Below, in pieces: positions 18,193 to 28,110 of a stretch of DNA of 64,000 nt. Each line of letters begins with the position of its first letter. Position 1 is the stretch's first letter. The position numbers and the translations under genes were made by a program. The notes under the pieces were generated by a model. It ran no database searches. It saw nothing but the letters and a program-made list of their open reading frames with translations, and was not told where the DNA came from. The stretch spans positions 124,001 to 188,000 of the IMG/VR virus record IMGVR_UViG_3300033997_000092, one strand, 5' to 3'.

Positions 18193-19208
18193 TGCTCGAA
18201 GGTAACCTTACTGGTGGCCAAATACAGGAAGTCATGGATAGGCTACTGTATGATGCACTCGCTCCTGTTATCAGATACACTAACGTATTTGACACCCAGC
18301 TTGTGTATCTTTTGGCTACCGTAACAAAGAATAAAAAGCGCAAGGTATGCGCTGTAAGCAGGCCTGAGACAATTGACTTTTTGTGTAAGGCACTTGCTAC
18401 TTCTGACCCAGAAGAAAAAATGATGTACATAAAGAAGTTGAAGATCGAACGCTCGTTCATTCACGTTTTCCTTAAACGGTTTGTTCAGGCGTATAAAGGT
18501 CCAATCTTCTCATTGTACTACCAGTTTATGTCAGACACTAAAAACAGACAGATATATTCCAAGCGCATGAAGCCTTATTTGGCAAGTGTTGGTTGTTCTG
18601 GCCGTTCCGAAATATTCATAGCGATAACTTCCTGTGAATCTAGTCTGACCCGTTTCTACCATTACTTCGACCGGGTCATTTCTCAGTATTACAAGCTGTG
18701 CTACTTAAAAGCAAAAGGCTTGGTTGATACTAATCCGAATAACAACTATGATTTCCATGACCTCGTGCAGAATTTAAGGCAGCGTACCATAACTGCCTTG
18801 AATAAGTACGATGCCTCTAATGGAGCCTTGACATCTTACATCAAGTGGTGGTTATTCAACAGCTTGACTTGTGGTAGTGGCCAGCATGAATACGGTTTGG
18901 CGTACACTGTTCCACAAAACGTAAAAAGAAAGTTGATGCAGTCTGACGGTCTTGGTGTCAACTTCTCTGTTAGTATGGACTCATTATTATCTGAATCTGA
19001 TGATGGTGAGAATTCAAACTTACACAACCTTATAGCTGGTGAGACTCCAGAGCTGGACGATGAAATCGCGTCCATATCGGAACTCAACCGTATGTATATG
19101 TTTGCCAAGAACGCTGACCCTCACGGCATAGCTAGACTGAGTTTAGAGCTGCCTGAAGTATTCAGTCCTAAAGAGTTGGCTAACATGCGTAAGACAACTG
19201 TGTTATAA
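18192..19208 (+). CDS. Phage sigma70-family RNA polymerase sigma factor
   Basis: Region-2-like DLVQNLRQRTITALNKYDASNGALTSYIKWWLFNSL, then YTVP and SVSMD. Confidence 0.7.
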   Translation: MLEGNLTGGQIQEVMDRLLYDALAPVIRYTNVFDTQLVYLLATVTKNKKRKVCAVSRPETIDFLCKALATSDPEEKMMYIKKLKIERSFIHVFLKRFVQAYKGPIFSLYYQFMSDTKNRQIYSKRMKPYLASVGCSGRSEIFIAITSCESSLTRFYHYFDRVISQYYKLCYLKAKGLVDTNPNNNYDFHDLVQNLRQRTITALNKYDASNGALTSYIKWWLFNSLTCGSGQHEYGLAYTVPQNVKRKLMQSDGLGVNFSVSMDSLLSESDDGENSNLHNLIAGETPELDDEIASISELNRMYMFAKNADPHGIARLSLELPEVFSPKELANMRKTTVL

Positions 19209-19258
19209 AAGCCGTATCTGTAAATAAACAGATCGATACTAAAAGCAAGGAGAAAACT

Positions 19259-20476
<1,218 letters not shown>

Positions 20477-20479
20477 TCT

Positions 20480-21970
20480 ATGTCTAAAAAGTCAAAATCA
20501 ATTGCTGTGGCGTCGAAAGACGTTCCAGCAGTCTTTGATGATTCACTCAAGAAAGGCAAGAAAGGCAAAGCAAAAACAGAGCTTGCTGCTTTCGACCCGA
20601 GTGCCTTACTTGATGAATTACAAGACCAGACCGAACGTAAATACGGCCTGAGTTCTACAACACTTGATCGTGATGAAGCCCGCTTATCTACAGGCCTTAG
20701 TGCCTTAGATTTATTATTGATGGGTGGTATAGTTGGCGGTGGTTGGTACACAGTTTACGGCGGTGAGCAATCTGCCAAGTCAACTCTTACAATGCAACTT
20801 CTTTCTATGATAACGAACGAAGTTGAACGCCGTAACCGTAAAATCGCAAGTAGTATTTTCGACTATGAAGGTTCTTCTGATCCTGAGTACATCGGAAACA
20901 TTATGCGTACACTTGGTCTTCGTGGTGACCCGTCAACAATCTTTGGTATCAAAGATGATGATACTGGTGAGTGGCTTGTGCGTCCTACAATCCGCTACTA
21001 TGCACACGATGTCGGTGACGACTTCTTCAAGTACATTGGTAAGTTGAAGCGTGGCTTACCTGACCTTGAGAAGCACGGTAAGGACTATTACTATGTATTC
21101 GAGCATACCAAAGAGAACAAATCAAAACTCGCTGGTCTGTACGATACTAAGTACCTGACGCGCTACAATAAACTTCGTGTTCCTGCTCCTGATGGCTTTA
21201 TGCAAGCAGTTACAATCGTTGACAGCTATCCTGCTATGTTACCAGACGGCTTGGATGATGATGATCGTAACGAAGCAATGGCCGAACAAGCACGTATGTT
21301 CAGTACTGGTATTCGTAAAATCCGCGGCGGTATGCGTAAAAAACGCATGACTGTTATCGGTGTTAACCAGTTACGTGAACGTCCGGCTACAATGTTCGGT
21401 AATCCTGAATATGAGCCTTGCGGCCAAGCACTGAAATTCTACAGTGATGTCCGTATTAAATCCACCTCACGTGCTTCTGTTCCGTACGGTGGCTTCAAAC
21501 TTGACAAAGGCATTTGTGAAGAAGCAAGTGTTGATATTGAAGGCGGTAAGGATATCTATCGTTTCGTTTGTTTGAAGACAACTAAGAACAAACTTGGCGG
21601 TATTCCTAACCGTGAAGTATGGGCACGTATTTGGGTAAGCGATGCTAACGGTCAGGCGCGTGGCTTCGATCCGGTATTCGATACATTCGAGTATTTGAAA
21701 CAGTTAGGTCTTGTGTCTGGTACAATGGCTAACCTCAAGTTCGATAAGTCTACACCGTTGGGTGATGCTAAGAAAATCACGTGGATGGATTTCAAGTTGT
21801 TAGTTCTTGGAAGCAAGAAAGAAATAACTGAAGTTTGTAAACGTGCCGGCATCAAGCCTGGCTCTATCCGCTCTTGGGTTAAGAAACATTGCGCTAAAGG
21901 TGATGGTCCTCGTTTGTATAAAGAGCGCATCGTTAGCGGTAAAACTGCCGAAGAAGACAGCGACGAATAG
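20480..21970 (+). CDS. recA: RecA/UvsX-like recombinase
   Basis: STGLSALDLLLMGG, YGGEQSAKST, IVDS, NQLR, GQALKFYSDVRI. Confidence 0.88.
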   Translation: MSKKSKSIAVASKDVPAVFDDSLKKGKKGKAKTELAAFDPSALLDELQDQTERKYGLSSTTLDRDEARLSTGLSALDLLLMGGIVGGGWYTVYGGEQSAKSTLTMQLLSMITNEVERRNRKIASSIFDYEGSSDPEYIGNIMRTLGLRGDPSTIFGIKDDDTGEWLVRPTIRYYAHDVGDDFFKYIGKLKRGLPDLEKHGKDYYYVFEHTKENKSKLAGLYDTKYLTRYNKLRVPAPDGFMQAVTIVDSYPAMLPDGLDDDDRNEAMAEQARMFSTGIRKIRGGMRKKRMTVIGVNQLRERPATMFGNPEYEPCGQALKFYSDVRIKSTSRASVPYGGFKLDKGICEEASVDIEGGKDIYRFVCLKTTKNKLGGIPNREVWARIWVSDANGQARGFDPVFDTFEYLKQLGLVSGTMANLKFDKSTPLGDAKKITWMDFKLLVLGSKKEITEVCKRAGIKPGSIRSWVKKHCAKGDGPRLYKERIVSGKTAEEDSDE

Positions 21971-22008
21971 TTTTCGTGGACAGGGATGTCCCGATTTAAG
22001 GAATCTAT

Positions 22009-22302
22009 ATGCAGGATATGTCACAGCTAATCAAATTTCAAGGTAATAAGTTTGTTGTAGAGTTCTCCGGTAAGCTTGTTGAAGGTACTGAGAACGAGCC
22101 TTGGCCTAAATCAATTCAATCTGTTACTTTCACAAACTGCTGTCCTAATATGACTGAAACGCAGACTATTATGGAAAGTAGTTTTGAAAAGCAAGGTTGC
22201 TCACAGATGGCAAATCACATCAGACGTAAGCTGTGGATTGAAATTGTCCGTCATATAGTCACTGTTTTCGGAGTCAAGCCTGACGAAATCTTTAAGGAGT
22301 AA
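22009..22302 (+). CDS. Hypothetical protein
   Basis: 97-aa ORF with RBS. Confidence 0.6.
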   Translation: MQDMSQLIKFQGNKFVVEFSGKLVEGTENEPWPKSIQSVTFTNCCPNMTETQTIMESSFEKQGCSQMANHIRRKLWIEIVRHIVTVFGVKPDEIFKE

Positions 22303-22306
22303 GTCA

Positions 22307-22501
22307 ATGAAAGATAAAACTCTCGGCCAAATTGCCTACGAGGCTTACTGCACTACTACCGATTGGAAAAGTGCTGTGTCTGGTGCACCACTTCCTCAGT
22401 ACCATGAACAACGCAAAGAAGTTATTGATGCGTGGGAAGCTGCTGGTACTGCTGTTGGTGCACACGTAATGCTTAACGGTGACGGCAATGCAAACACTTA
22501 A
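22307..22501 (+). CDS. Small hypothetical phage protein
   Basis: AAGGAG RBS; GQIAYEAY...AWEAA. Confidence 0.65.
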   Translation: MKDKTLGQIAYEAYCTTTDWKSAVSGAPLPQYHEQRKEVIDAWEAAGTAVGAHVMLNGDGNANT

Positions 22502-22613
22502 TTTGCCTCTGTCATTTGAACACAACAACATCTGGTTCAGTTACGGTCATGTTACTGGTGAAGATGTTTTCGATATTTCTAAAGGCTACGTGCCTTACAT
22601 CGGAGTCCTGTAA
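22488..22613 (+). CDS. 41-aa hypothetical protein (not in ORF track)
   Basis: MQTLNLPLSFEHNNIW...; fills the gap and couples via TAATG to the next gene. Confidence 0.45.
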   Translation: MQTLNLPLSFEHNNIWFSYGHVTGEDVFDISKGYVPYIGVL

Positions 22614-23332
22614 TGGAACAAACAACTAAACAAACGCGCAAAGTCAAGCTCGATCAGATTCTTGCTACTTGCTGTCCTATGTTCAACAACCGTTTGGCTG
22701 CATCAGGTAAAGAAACAATCGTTTCGGAACTTGACGGCTCTTACGACGAAGTTTATAAACCTCTTCACCTGATGTTTGCTGCCCGTGATTTCCTGGATAA
22801 CTACGAAGATTGTAATCACATTCGTCAGTTGTTGCCTTATGTTGTTGTTCGTGACACTGACGGCCGTATTGCCATGTACCAACGTACAAGCAAAGGTACT
22901 GAGTTCCGTTTGCAGAACAATTTATCTATCGGCTTTGGCGGCCACATTGATATTTCTGATTTGGTATTGCAGGATGTACCTAATCACAACTTAATTGATG
23001 TCCGTGCTACTATCATGCAAAATGTCGCAACTGAGTTAGGTGAAGAACTTTCTTTGTTTGCCGACAACATGATTCCTGATGTTGAATCCGCTAATCGCCA
23101 CGTACATATCATCAGCAATGCTGGTGCTGTTAATCGCGTACACTTAGCGATTGTGTTTAGCGTTACAGTCCGTGATATTTCTGTTTTGCGAATCGAAGAT
23201 GAATTAAACTTTATCGGCTGGTTCAATCAAGGTCAACTTTTGTCTGAATTTGACTTAGGTGACTTTGAAGTCTGGACTCAGGCACTGCTTGGTATTGACC
23301 TATCTACAGTACCTGCGTTACCACTTCCATAA
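22613..23332 (+). CDS. NUDIX-family phosphoesterase
   Basis: QLLPYVVV, YQR...E.RL...SIGFGGHI, ELGEEL, VHLAIVF. Confidence 0.75.
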   Translation: MEQTTKQTRKVKLDQILATCCPMFNNRLAASGKETIVSELDGSYDEVYKPLHLMFAARDFLDNYEDCNHIRQLLPYVVVRDTDGRIAMYQRTSKGTEFRLQNNLSIGFGGHIDISDLVLQDVPNHNLIDVRATIMQNVATELGEELSLFADNMIPDVESANRHVHIISNAGAVNRVHLAIVFSVTVRDISVLRIEDELNFIGWFNQGQLLSEFDLGDFEVWTQALLGIDLSTVPALPLP

Positions 23333-23344
23333 AGGAGCTGTGCT

Positions 23345-23656
23345 ATGAGTAACATCGCTATTCCAAATCCGTTAAAGCGTACAGAAATCAATGCAAAGAT
23401 TGCCTTAGCTCGTTCCCAGATTGAAGGTCTGGTAGCTTACGCCGAAGCAAACTATTCTGTGTCCTGTACTGAAGCCAAAGCGTTGCTGGCCCGTGTAGAT
23501 AAAGGTGATAAAATCTCCGATTACTTGCACAAGCTCAGTGACTTGGTTACAATGCGTGACCATTTAACTGAAGTCATCCACAACGCAGCCCTTGAAGATG
23601 CAAAGCACTTCACTGAGTTGTCAGGCCGTGTGGACAACTTCGTACTTCCCAAGTAA
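23345..23656 (+). CDS. Hypothetical protein
   Basis: 103-aa ORF, AAGGAG RBS. Confidence 0.65.
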   Translation: MSNIAIPNPLKRTEINAKIALARSQIEGLVAYAEANYSVSCTEAKALLARVDKGDKISDYLHKLSDLVTMRDHLTEVIHNAALEDAKHFTELSGRVDNFVLPK

Positions 23657-23710
23657 GTTGTCTCTACTTAGTAATTTATATCTGTAAATAAACAAGTATA
23701 GATTACTAAC

Positions 23711-23787
23711 GGCCCCTTAGCTCAGTTGGTTAGAGCACTCCCCTCATAAGGGATTGGTCTCCAGTTCAAATCTGGAAGGGGCCACCA
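23711..23787 (+). tRNA. tRNA with CAU anticodon, most likely tRNA-Ile2 (lysidine, reads AUA)
   Basis: GGCCCCT/AGGGGCC acceptor stem as in enterobacterial ileX, D arm, CT-CAT-AA loop, TTCAAAT T loop, encoded ACCA; lacks initiator features. Confidence 0.9.
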
Positions 23788-23801
23788 CTCAAGAGGCAAC
23801 T

Positions 23802-24197
23802 ATGTCTACATTGAAATTTATTACTGATCGTGGAATTGTTGATGGTTCCAAAGCAACGTCAAACGATTTTCTAGGTTCTGTTCGTACAACAGTTAATCCT
23901 GAAGTAGATGTGGAGTATGTACTCCATGCAGCAAAGAAGTTCGGGTGGAACACACTTGTTGTTAAGTCATCCACTTCTCCTGTAGTGATTGAAACTACTA
24001 TCAGCGCTCCTGGTAATTTGAACAACGCAATCTGGATAGATTTATCTCAATGTCCTAACGCTCCAGATACTGTAAACTATGATACAGAACTTCCAGCAGG
24101 CAAAGCAGTTATGTATGCGTGGGAACACCCTGTTACTGCTTTCCGTTTTAAATCGACAGCTCCCTTTGACATCGAATTCTGCTCTAAGCACGACTAA
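23802..24197 (+). CDS. Beta-rich hypothetical protein (131 aa)
   Basis: ATG 23802 with GAGG RBS directly after the tRNA; the track start at 23754 lies inside the tRNA. Confidence 0.7.
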   Translation: MSTLKFITDRGIVDGSKATSNDFLGSVRTTVNPEVDVEYVLHAAKKFGWNTLVVKSSTSPVVIETTISAPGNLNNAIWIDLSQCPNAPDTVNYDTELPAGKAVMYAWEHPVTAFRFKSTAPFDIEFCSKHD

Positions 24198-24685
24198 ATT
24201 CCTCGGGAGGGAATGGCCCCGAAAAGGCACACACGGCGGAACTTGTTAGTTTTCTCCGTATCTGATTGGTTCCTTGCATGAGCCGTGTGTGCCCCAGTAG
24301 GCCAACTGTTTATAGACCTGTTTCCTGTCACTTCGTAGACTTACTTGTCTCTGGTTGCTTTAGTAGCGACCAGCAAGATTTTGTTGCTACCGCATATAGC
24401 ACAAGTCTACTGCATAGAGAATGTAGCTGCCCTTATCGCTGCGCTTTGGACCATTCTTTATCGCATGAAAGCCTTATCCAATACAGCAAAATGAATCAGC
24501 CGCATATCGCCTTCGCAGGACTTATCCAGCTCACGGGCAGCAGCTTGAATATTTTTGTTGTGGGTACGTCACGACAGCACTAATGCCTGCTGTAGGCGAG
24601 CGCCTAATTTCTGGATTCGCGTACTCCAGAGCTGTGGCAGGGAACAGGACTATAAGCAGTTACGCAGTTCATAAGGAACAAACGT

Positions 24686-24850
24686 ATGCACGATATTTTT
24701 ATTTCGCTGCTTGTAATCATCATATTGGTTAACTGGTGTGATTACAAGTTATTCCATCGCCCTACGAGGAGACGGAACGCTACGGGGATCATAAATGCCT
24801 CGTTCCGTTGGGCGGAATGGCCGGCAACCTATTTCACTCCACGTATATGA
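24686..24850 (+). CDS. Possible 54-aa peptide with hydrophobic N-terminus embedded in the structured RNA
   Basis: AAGGA RBS; MHDIFISLLVIIILVNWCDYKLFHRPTRRR... Confidence 0.35.
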   Translation: MHDIFISLLVIIILVNWCDYKLFHRPTRRRNATGIINASFRWAEWPATYFTPRI

Positions 24851-25197
24851 CTAGCGCCTCGGACATCTTATAAATGAATCCTCAAACCAGTTAACTGGAT
24901 GTCTGATACTCTGGGCGTGATGACAAAATACAGAACGTACACCAAGAATTCGATTTTTACAAGACGGTCTCCTGTGCATTGTAACATACATTGGGTGTGG
25001 TGCACAGGAGAACCTAGAATTTATAGAGCAGGACACTGAGTACGCGCCGTCCACGTTCGGCTGCTGAGTACATATTACGCCCGTCGGCTTTCGTTTCCTC
25101 CAAGTTTCTGAGGCCGACAACTCGCTCAGTGTTCTGCACTATAGGTTCTTTGGTCAGGATCTATAGCATAGCTTTACCACAGTTTATTTGCTTTTTC

Positions 25198-25224
25198 GGC
25201 GATCTTCGGGTCGCCATTTTTTTT
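25198..25224 (+). terminator. Intrinsic terminator with C(UUCG)G tetraloop
   Basis: GGCGATC-TTCG-GGTCGCC-A-T8. Confidence 0.9.
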
Positions 25225-25234
25225 GGAGAATTGT

Positions 25235-25861
25235 ATGCTTATTGTATTTGAAGGAATGGACGGTTCAGGTAAATCAGAACAAAGTTCTAGGCTTGTACAA
25301 TATTTCAATCGCATCGGACTGAAAGCTGTGCTATTACGTGAACCTGGCTCTACACCTCTAGGCGAAAATGTCCGTGATATAGTAAAGTTCCGTCCAAACA
25401 ACATGCAGATTAGTGTTTGCGCCGAAACACTGTTAATCTTTGCTTCGCGCGCCCAGCTCGTAATAGATATAAAACAGTATTTGGAAGATGGATATATTGT
25501 TGTACTTGATCGTTGGGTATTTTCTACCTACGTGTATCAGTGCATTGCTAAAGGTGCTCCCGCAGAGGACATCGTAAACCTTTTCTATATCTCTAAGGCA
25601 AATACCGTTGTTCCTGATTTGATCATATACATGGAAAACTCTAGTTCTGTTGTCAAGCGTCCTGATGATAAACTGGAGCAAGACACCGTCGATAAAAGAG
25701 ACATTATGCTTGAAGCTTACCGCAAGCTATTCAAACAAGGCCATGACTCAAAGCTTATGGGTACATTGTTTAAGCCGTACATCGATTGCCCAATTACTCA
25801 TATCGATATAGCCGGTTACCGTATTGAACAAACTGAAGAAAAAATCAAAGCATTATTTTGA
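25235..25861 (+). CDS. tmk: Thymidylate kinase
   Basis: LIVFEGMDGSGKS, REPG, LDRW..ST.VYQ, PDL. Confidence 0.9.
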   Translation: MLIVFEGMDGSGKSEQSSRLVQYFNRIGLKAVLLREPGSTPLGENVRDIVKFRPNNMQISVCAETLLIFASRAQLVIDIKQYLEDGYIVVLDRWVFSTYVYQCIAKGAPAEDIVNLFYISKANTVVPDLIIYMENSSSVVKRPDDKLEQDTVDKRDIMLEAYRKLFKQGHDSKLMGTLFKPYIDCPITHIDIAGYRIEQTEEKIKALF

Positions 25862-25863
25862 CC

Positions 25864-25896
25864 AAAAAAAGGGAGCTCCTAATGGGCTCCCTTTTT
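25864..25896. terminator. Bidirectional intrinsic terminator
   Basis: A7-GGGAGC...GCTCCC-T5 between convergent genes. Confidence 0.85.
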
Positions 25897-25903
25897 CATT
25901 TCC

Positions 25904-26185
25904 TCAGAGTGTTCTTACTTTGTCCAAGAACGCCCCGTCTTTTAACAACGTCCAGTCTCCTGACAACAACTTCACTAACCGTACAGCCTTGACTGCTTGG
26001 TTAGATAATTCACCTGCCACATTCAACTGTTCATAGTGAGGAAGTACAGCATTGTAAGTTGCGCTGACTTCGCTGTTACCAACAGACCCATCTACCGCAC
26101 CCTTCAAAACTGTTTTACAATCCTCATAAACGCGATTGCTGTCCACGATAGTACCTCTCTGTGTTGTGCTGTATCGCACTATCAA
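25904..26185 (-). CDS. Hypothetical protein
   Basis: 93-aa ORF, AGGAG RBS. Confidence 0.55.
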   Translation of the reverse strand: MIVRYSTTQRGTIVDSNRVYEDCKTVLKGAVDGSVGNSEVSATYNAVLPHYEQLNVAGELSNQAVKAVRLVKLLSGDWTLLKDGAFLDKVRTL

Positions 26186-26204
26186 ATTATCTCCTAATCA
26201 CTAT

Positions 26205-26261
26205 CTCTGTTATCCGTTGCATAAATAGGCTATTGACCTACGACTCTAACCCTTGTATAAT
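26205..26261 (+). promoter_or_regulatory. Early sigma70-type promoter with conserved upstream box (copy 1)
   Basis: CTCTGTTATCCGTTGCATAAATAGG..TTGACC-N17-TATAAT. Confidence 0.85.
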
Positions 26262-26309
26262 TCTCCCATCTGCTACAGAGCAGATTAACCCACTATCAAG
26301 GAGTTTGAA

Positions 26310-26702
26310 ATGAGCCATTTAGAAACTGTTGATGCTGAGCAATATACTGCCTTGCAGCGTGTTGCCACTAAGTCACACGGTGCCGTTGTTATTCTATCTT
26401 GGGCAACCGAACGCTTGTTACTTGTTCTGGATGAGCAGACAGGTGAAACTAAAACTGTTCCAGTCAGTGAAGTCACACACATCATTGACTATGACATCCG
26501 AAGCGTTGAACGTCAGTTGACTGATGTTGTTGTGGAGTATCTGACTTCCGATTGCTCTGACTTAGATTCTGACTCAGACCTGTACGGTGTTGTGTCTGAA
26601 GCACTGGACAGTGATGATTCAAACCGAATCAAAGATTACTTCCAGCGCTTTATCGACAACTTGAACTGGAACTCTATTCAGAAGAAGGTCGAAGCTAACT
26701 AA
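26310..26702 (+). CDS. Early hypothetical protein
   Basis: AAGGAG RBS after early promoter. Confidence 0.7.
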   Translation: MSHLETVDAEQYTALQRVATKSHGAVVILSWATERLLLVLDEQTGETKTVPVSEVTHIIDYDIRSVERQLTDVVVEYLTSDCSDLDSDSDLYGVVSEALDSDDSNRIKDYFQRFIDNLNWNSIQKKVEAN

Positions 26703-26749
26703 ACTGTCTGGGGAGCATGGTCTCCCCAGCACTGGCACAAACTTCATAT

Positions 26750-26806
26750 CTCTGTTATCCGTTGCATAAATAGGATATTGACTTTGCCTATATCCTAGTG
26801 TATAAT
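26750..26806 (+). promoter_or_regulatory. Early sigma70-type promoter (copy 2)
   Basis: Same upstream box; TTGACT-N17-TATAAT. Confidence 0.85.
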
Positions 26807-26877
26807 ACACCTAGCCAATGAGCTAAAACTATTGTGTCAATTATGGCATCAATGATTAACTATTAAGGAATACAAAA

Positions 26878-27345
26878 ATGAACAATACAAAAATGTTAGC
26901 CGATTCTTCTCTTTCTGTTTCTGTACAACGCCACCGTTTAGTTATCGTGGGTAATGTGTTTGAAGAAACAGGCGCCGTATCTCGCACCCTGTGCCGTATC
27001 CCTCTTACCGACAAATCTCCAGAAGAGGTTGTCGAGCATGTCAAACAAATGCTGTCTGCTTTACCTATCTACACACCTATCAAGTTGTTTGACTCAGAAG
27101 GTTATCCTGCTGACGTCCGTATTTACGGTAACTACTGGGTAGTGTTTAAAGAGACAGCGGGCCGCAGCGCTATCCGAATTCGTGTCGATGCACAAAAACT
27201 CCATGCAGATATACCTTACATGGCACTTCGCATCTGCCTGAAATACGGCCTTGATGAAACGAGCCCTACGTACATCGTCCTGTGTAAATCACTTCAGGCA
27301 ATGTATGACGCCAAATTCCGTAAATACCTGCGGGGTACAGTATGA
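26878..27345 (+). CDS. Early hypothetical protein
   Basis: 155-aa ORF, AAGGA RBS. Confidence 0.7.
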   Translation: MNNTKMLADSSLSVSVQRHRLVIVGNVFEETGAVSRTLCRIPLTDKSPEEVVEHVKQMLSALPIYTPIKLFDSEGYPADVRIYGNYWVVFKETAGRSAIRIRVDAQKLHADIPYMALRICLKYGLDETSPTYIVLCKSLQAMYDAKFRKYLRGTV

Positions 27346-27821
27346 TTGCTTATGCTTTCTTGCGTAATGTAAATATCGAACCAACAACTACTTTCTTTGA
27401 TCTGCTGGCTCCCATCGATTGTGATGGGGCCAACCAGAATGCTCTGCAACTGGAGTTGATCTTAGAAGCTATCGTCAATCACATGCCTGAACGCACACGC
27501 ATCCTGAATTCAATCAAGCTGCGTGTTGCTTACCAGCAGGCACCGTGGTCGCTTAGGTGTTTGACGCCTATGAGTCGTGCTTTAGATGCTTTGAGTCCTA
27601 AACTCAAAGAGCAATTGGATAAGTACATGGCTTTGCCTTACAAGCAATACCCTTTCTTGTCCTGCTACGATTCTCGCAGGATAGGAAAGATCGTTGACCT
27701 GCGTAACGTAGTCTGGTTCGATCCTGTAACTAGCTCACTGTTGACGTACAACAAGAATGCTATTGACGCATTCTTTCTTACGTTGCCTGCTACTACGGAG
27801 TATATCGATGGCAGAAAATAA
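27342..27821 (+). CDS. Hypothetical protein
   Basis: 159-aa coupled ORF. Confidence 0.65.
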   Translation: MIAYAFLRNVNIEPTTTFFDLLAPIDCDGANQNALQLELILEAIVNHMPERTRILNSIKLRVAYQQAPWSLRCLTPMSRALDALSPKLKEQLDKYMALPYKQYPFLSCYDSRRIGKIVDLRNVVWFDPVTSSLLTYNKNAIDAFFLTLPATTEYIDGRK

Positions 27822-27987
27822 AACAGCACGGCTGGTCGATAAGAACCGAAAGCTGACCGCTCTGTTAGTCACTGCAAAGAAAGACTACCGTGACCTGAAG
27901 AACAATTACCATGCAGCACTTCAGTTGCTTTCGGCGTATACAAACAAAAGCATGGAAGAATTAAAACAACAATTGGAAAAACAGTAA
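27808..27987 (+). CDS. Small coiled-coil protein
   Basis: GGAG RBS before ATG 27808. Confidence 0.55.
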   Translation: MAENKTARLVDKNRKLTALLVTAKKDYRDLKNNYHAALQLLSAYTNKSMEELKQQLEKQ

Positions 27988-28110
27988 TGAAACCAAAGCA
28001 AACTAAACTTGTACAGCCTTCAGGTAAAATAGTTGTGGTTGTATCAAAGCGGCGCCTTGCACATACAGGCACCATCCACATCAACTCAAATTCAGAAACA
28101 GGGTCTTTGT

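Larger units (their letters stand above)
24200..25224 (+). ncRNA. Candidate large (~1 kb) highly structured non-coding RNA
   Basis: More than 12 helices, including 28-nt arms 24304-24331/24634-24661 and 25-nt arms 25016-25040/25125-25149; G-U pairs valid only on + strand; ends in a UUCG terminator. Confidence 0.7.

Noticed and set aside
23754-23801. Track start of the 147-aa ORF
   Set aside because: Overlaps the tRNA; ATG 23802 has an RBS
24266-24583. 105-aa ORF (and the 24851-25120 - strand ORF) in the structured region
   Set aside because: Non-ATG start without RBS and atypical composition; the pairing pattern explains the region better
24200-25224. tmRNA, RNase P RNA, group I/II intron or CRISPR array
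   Set aside because: No tRNA-like ends, no recognisable P4, P7 or domain V consensus, no interrupted gene, no regular repeat-spacer pattern; judged by eye only
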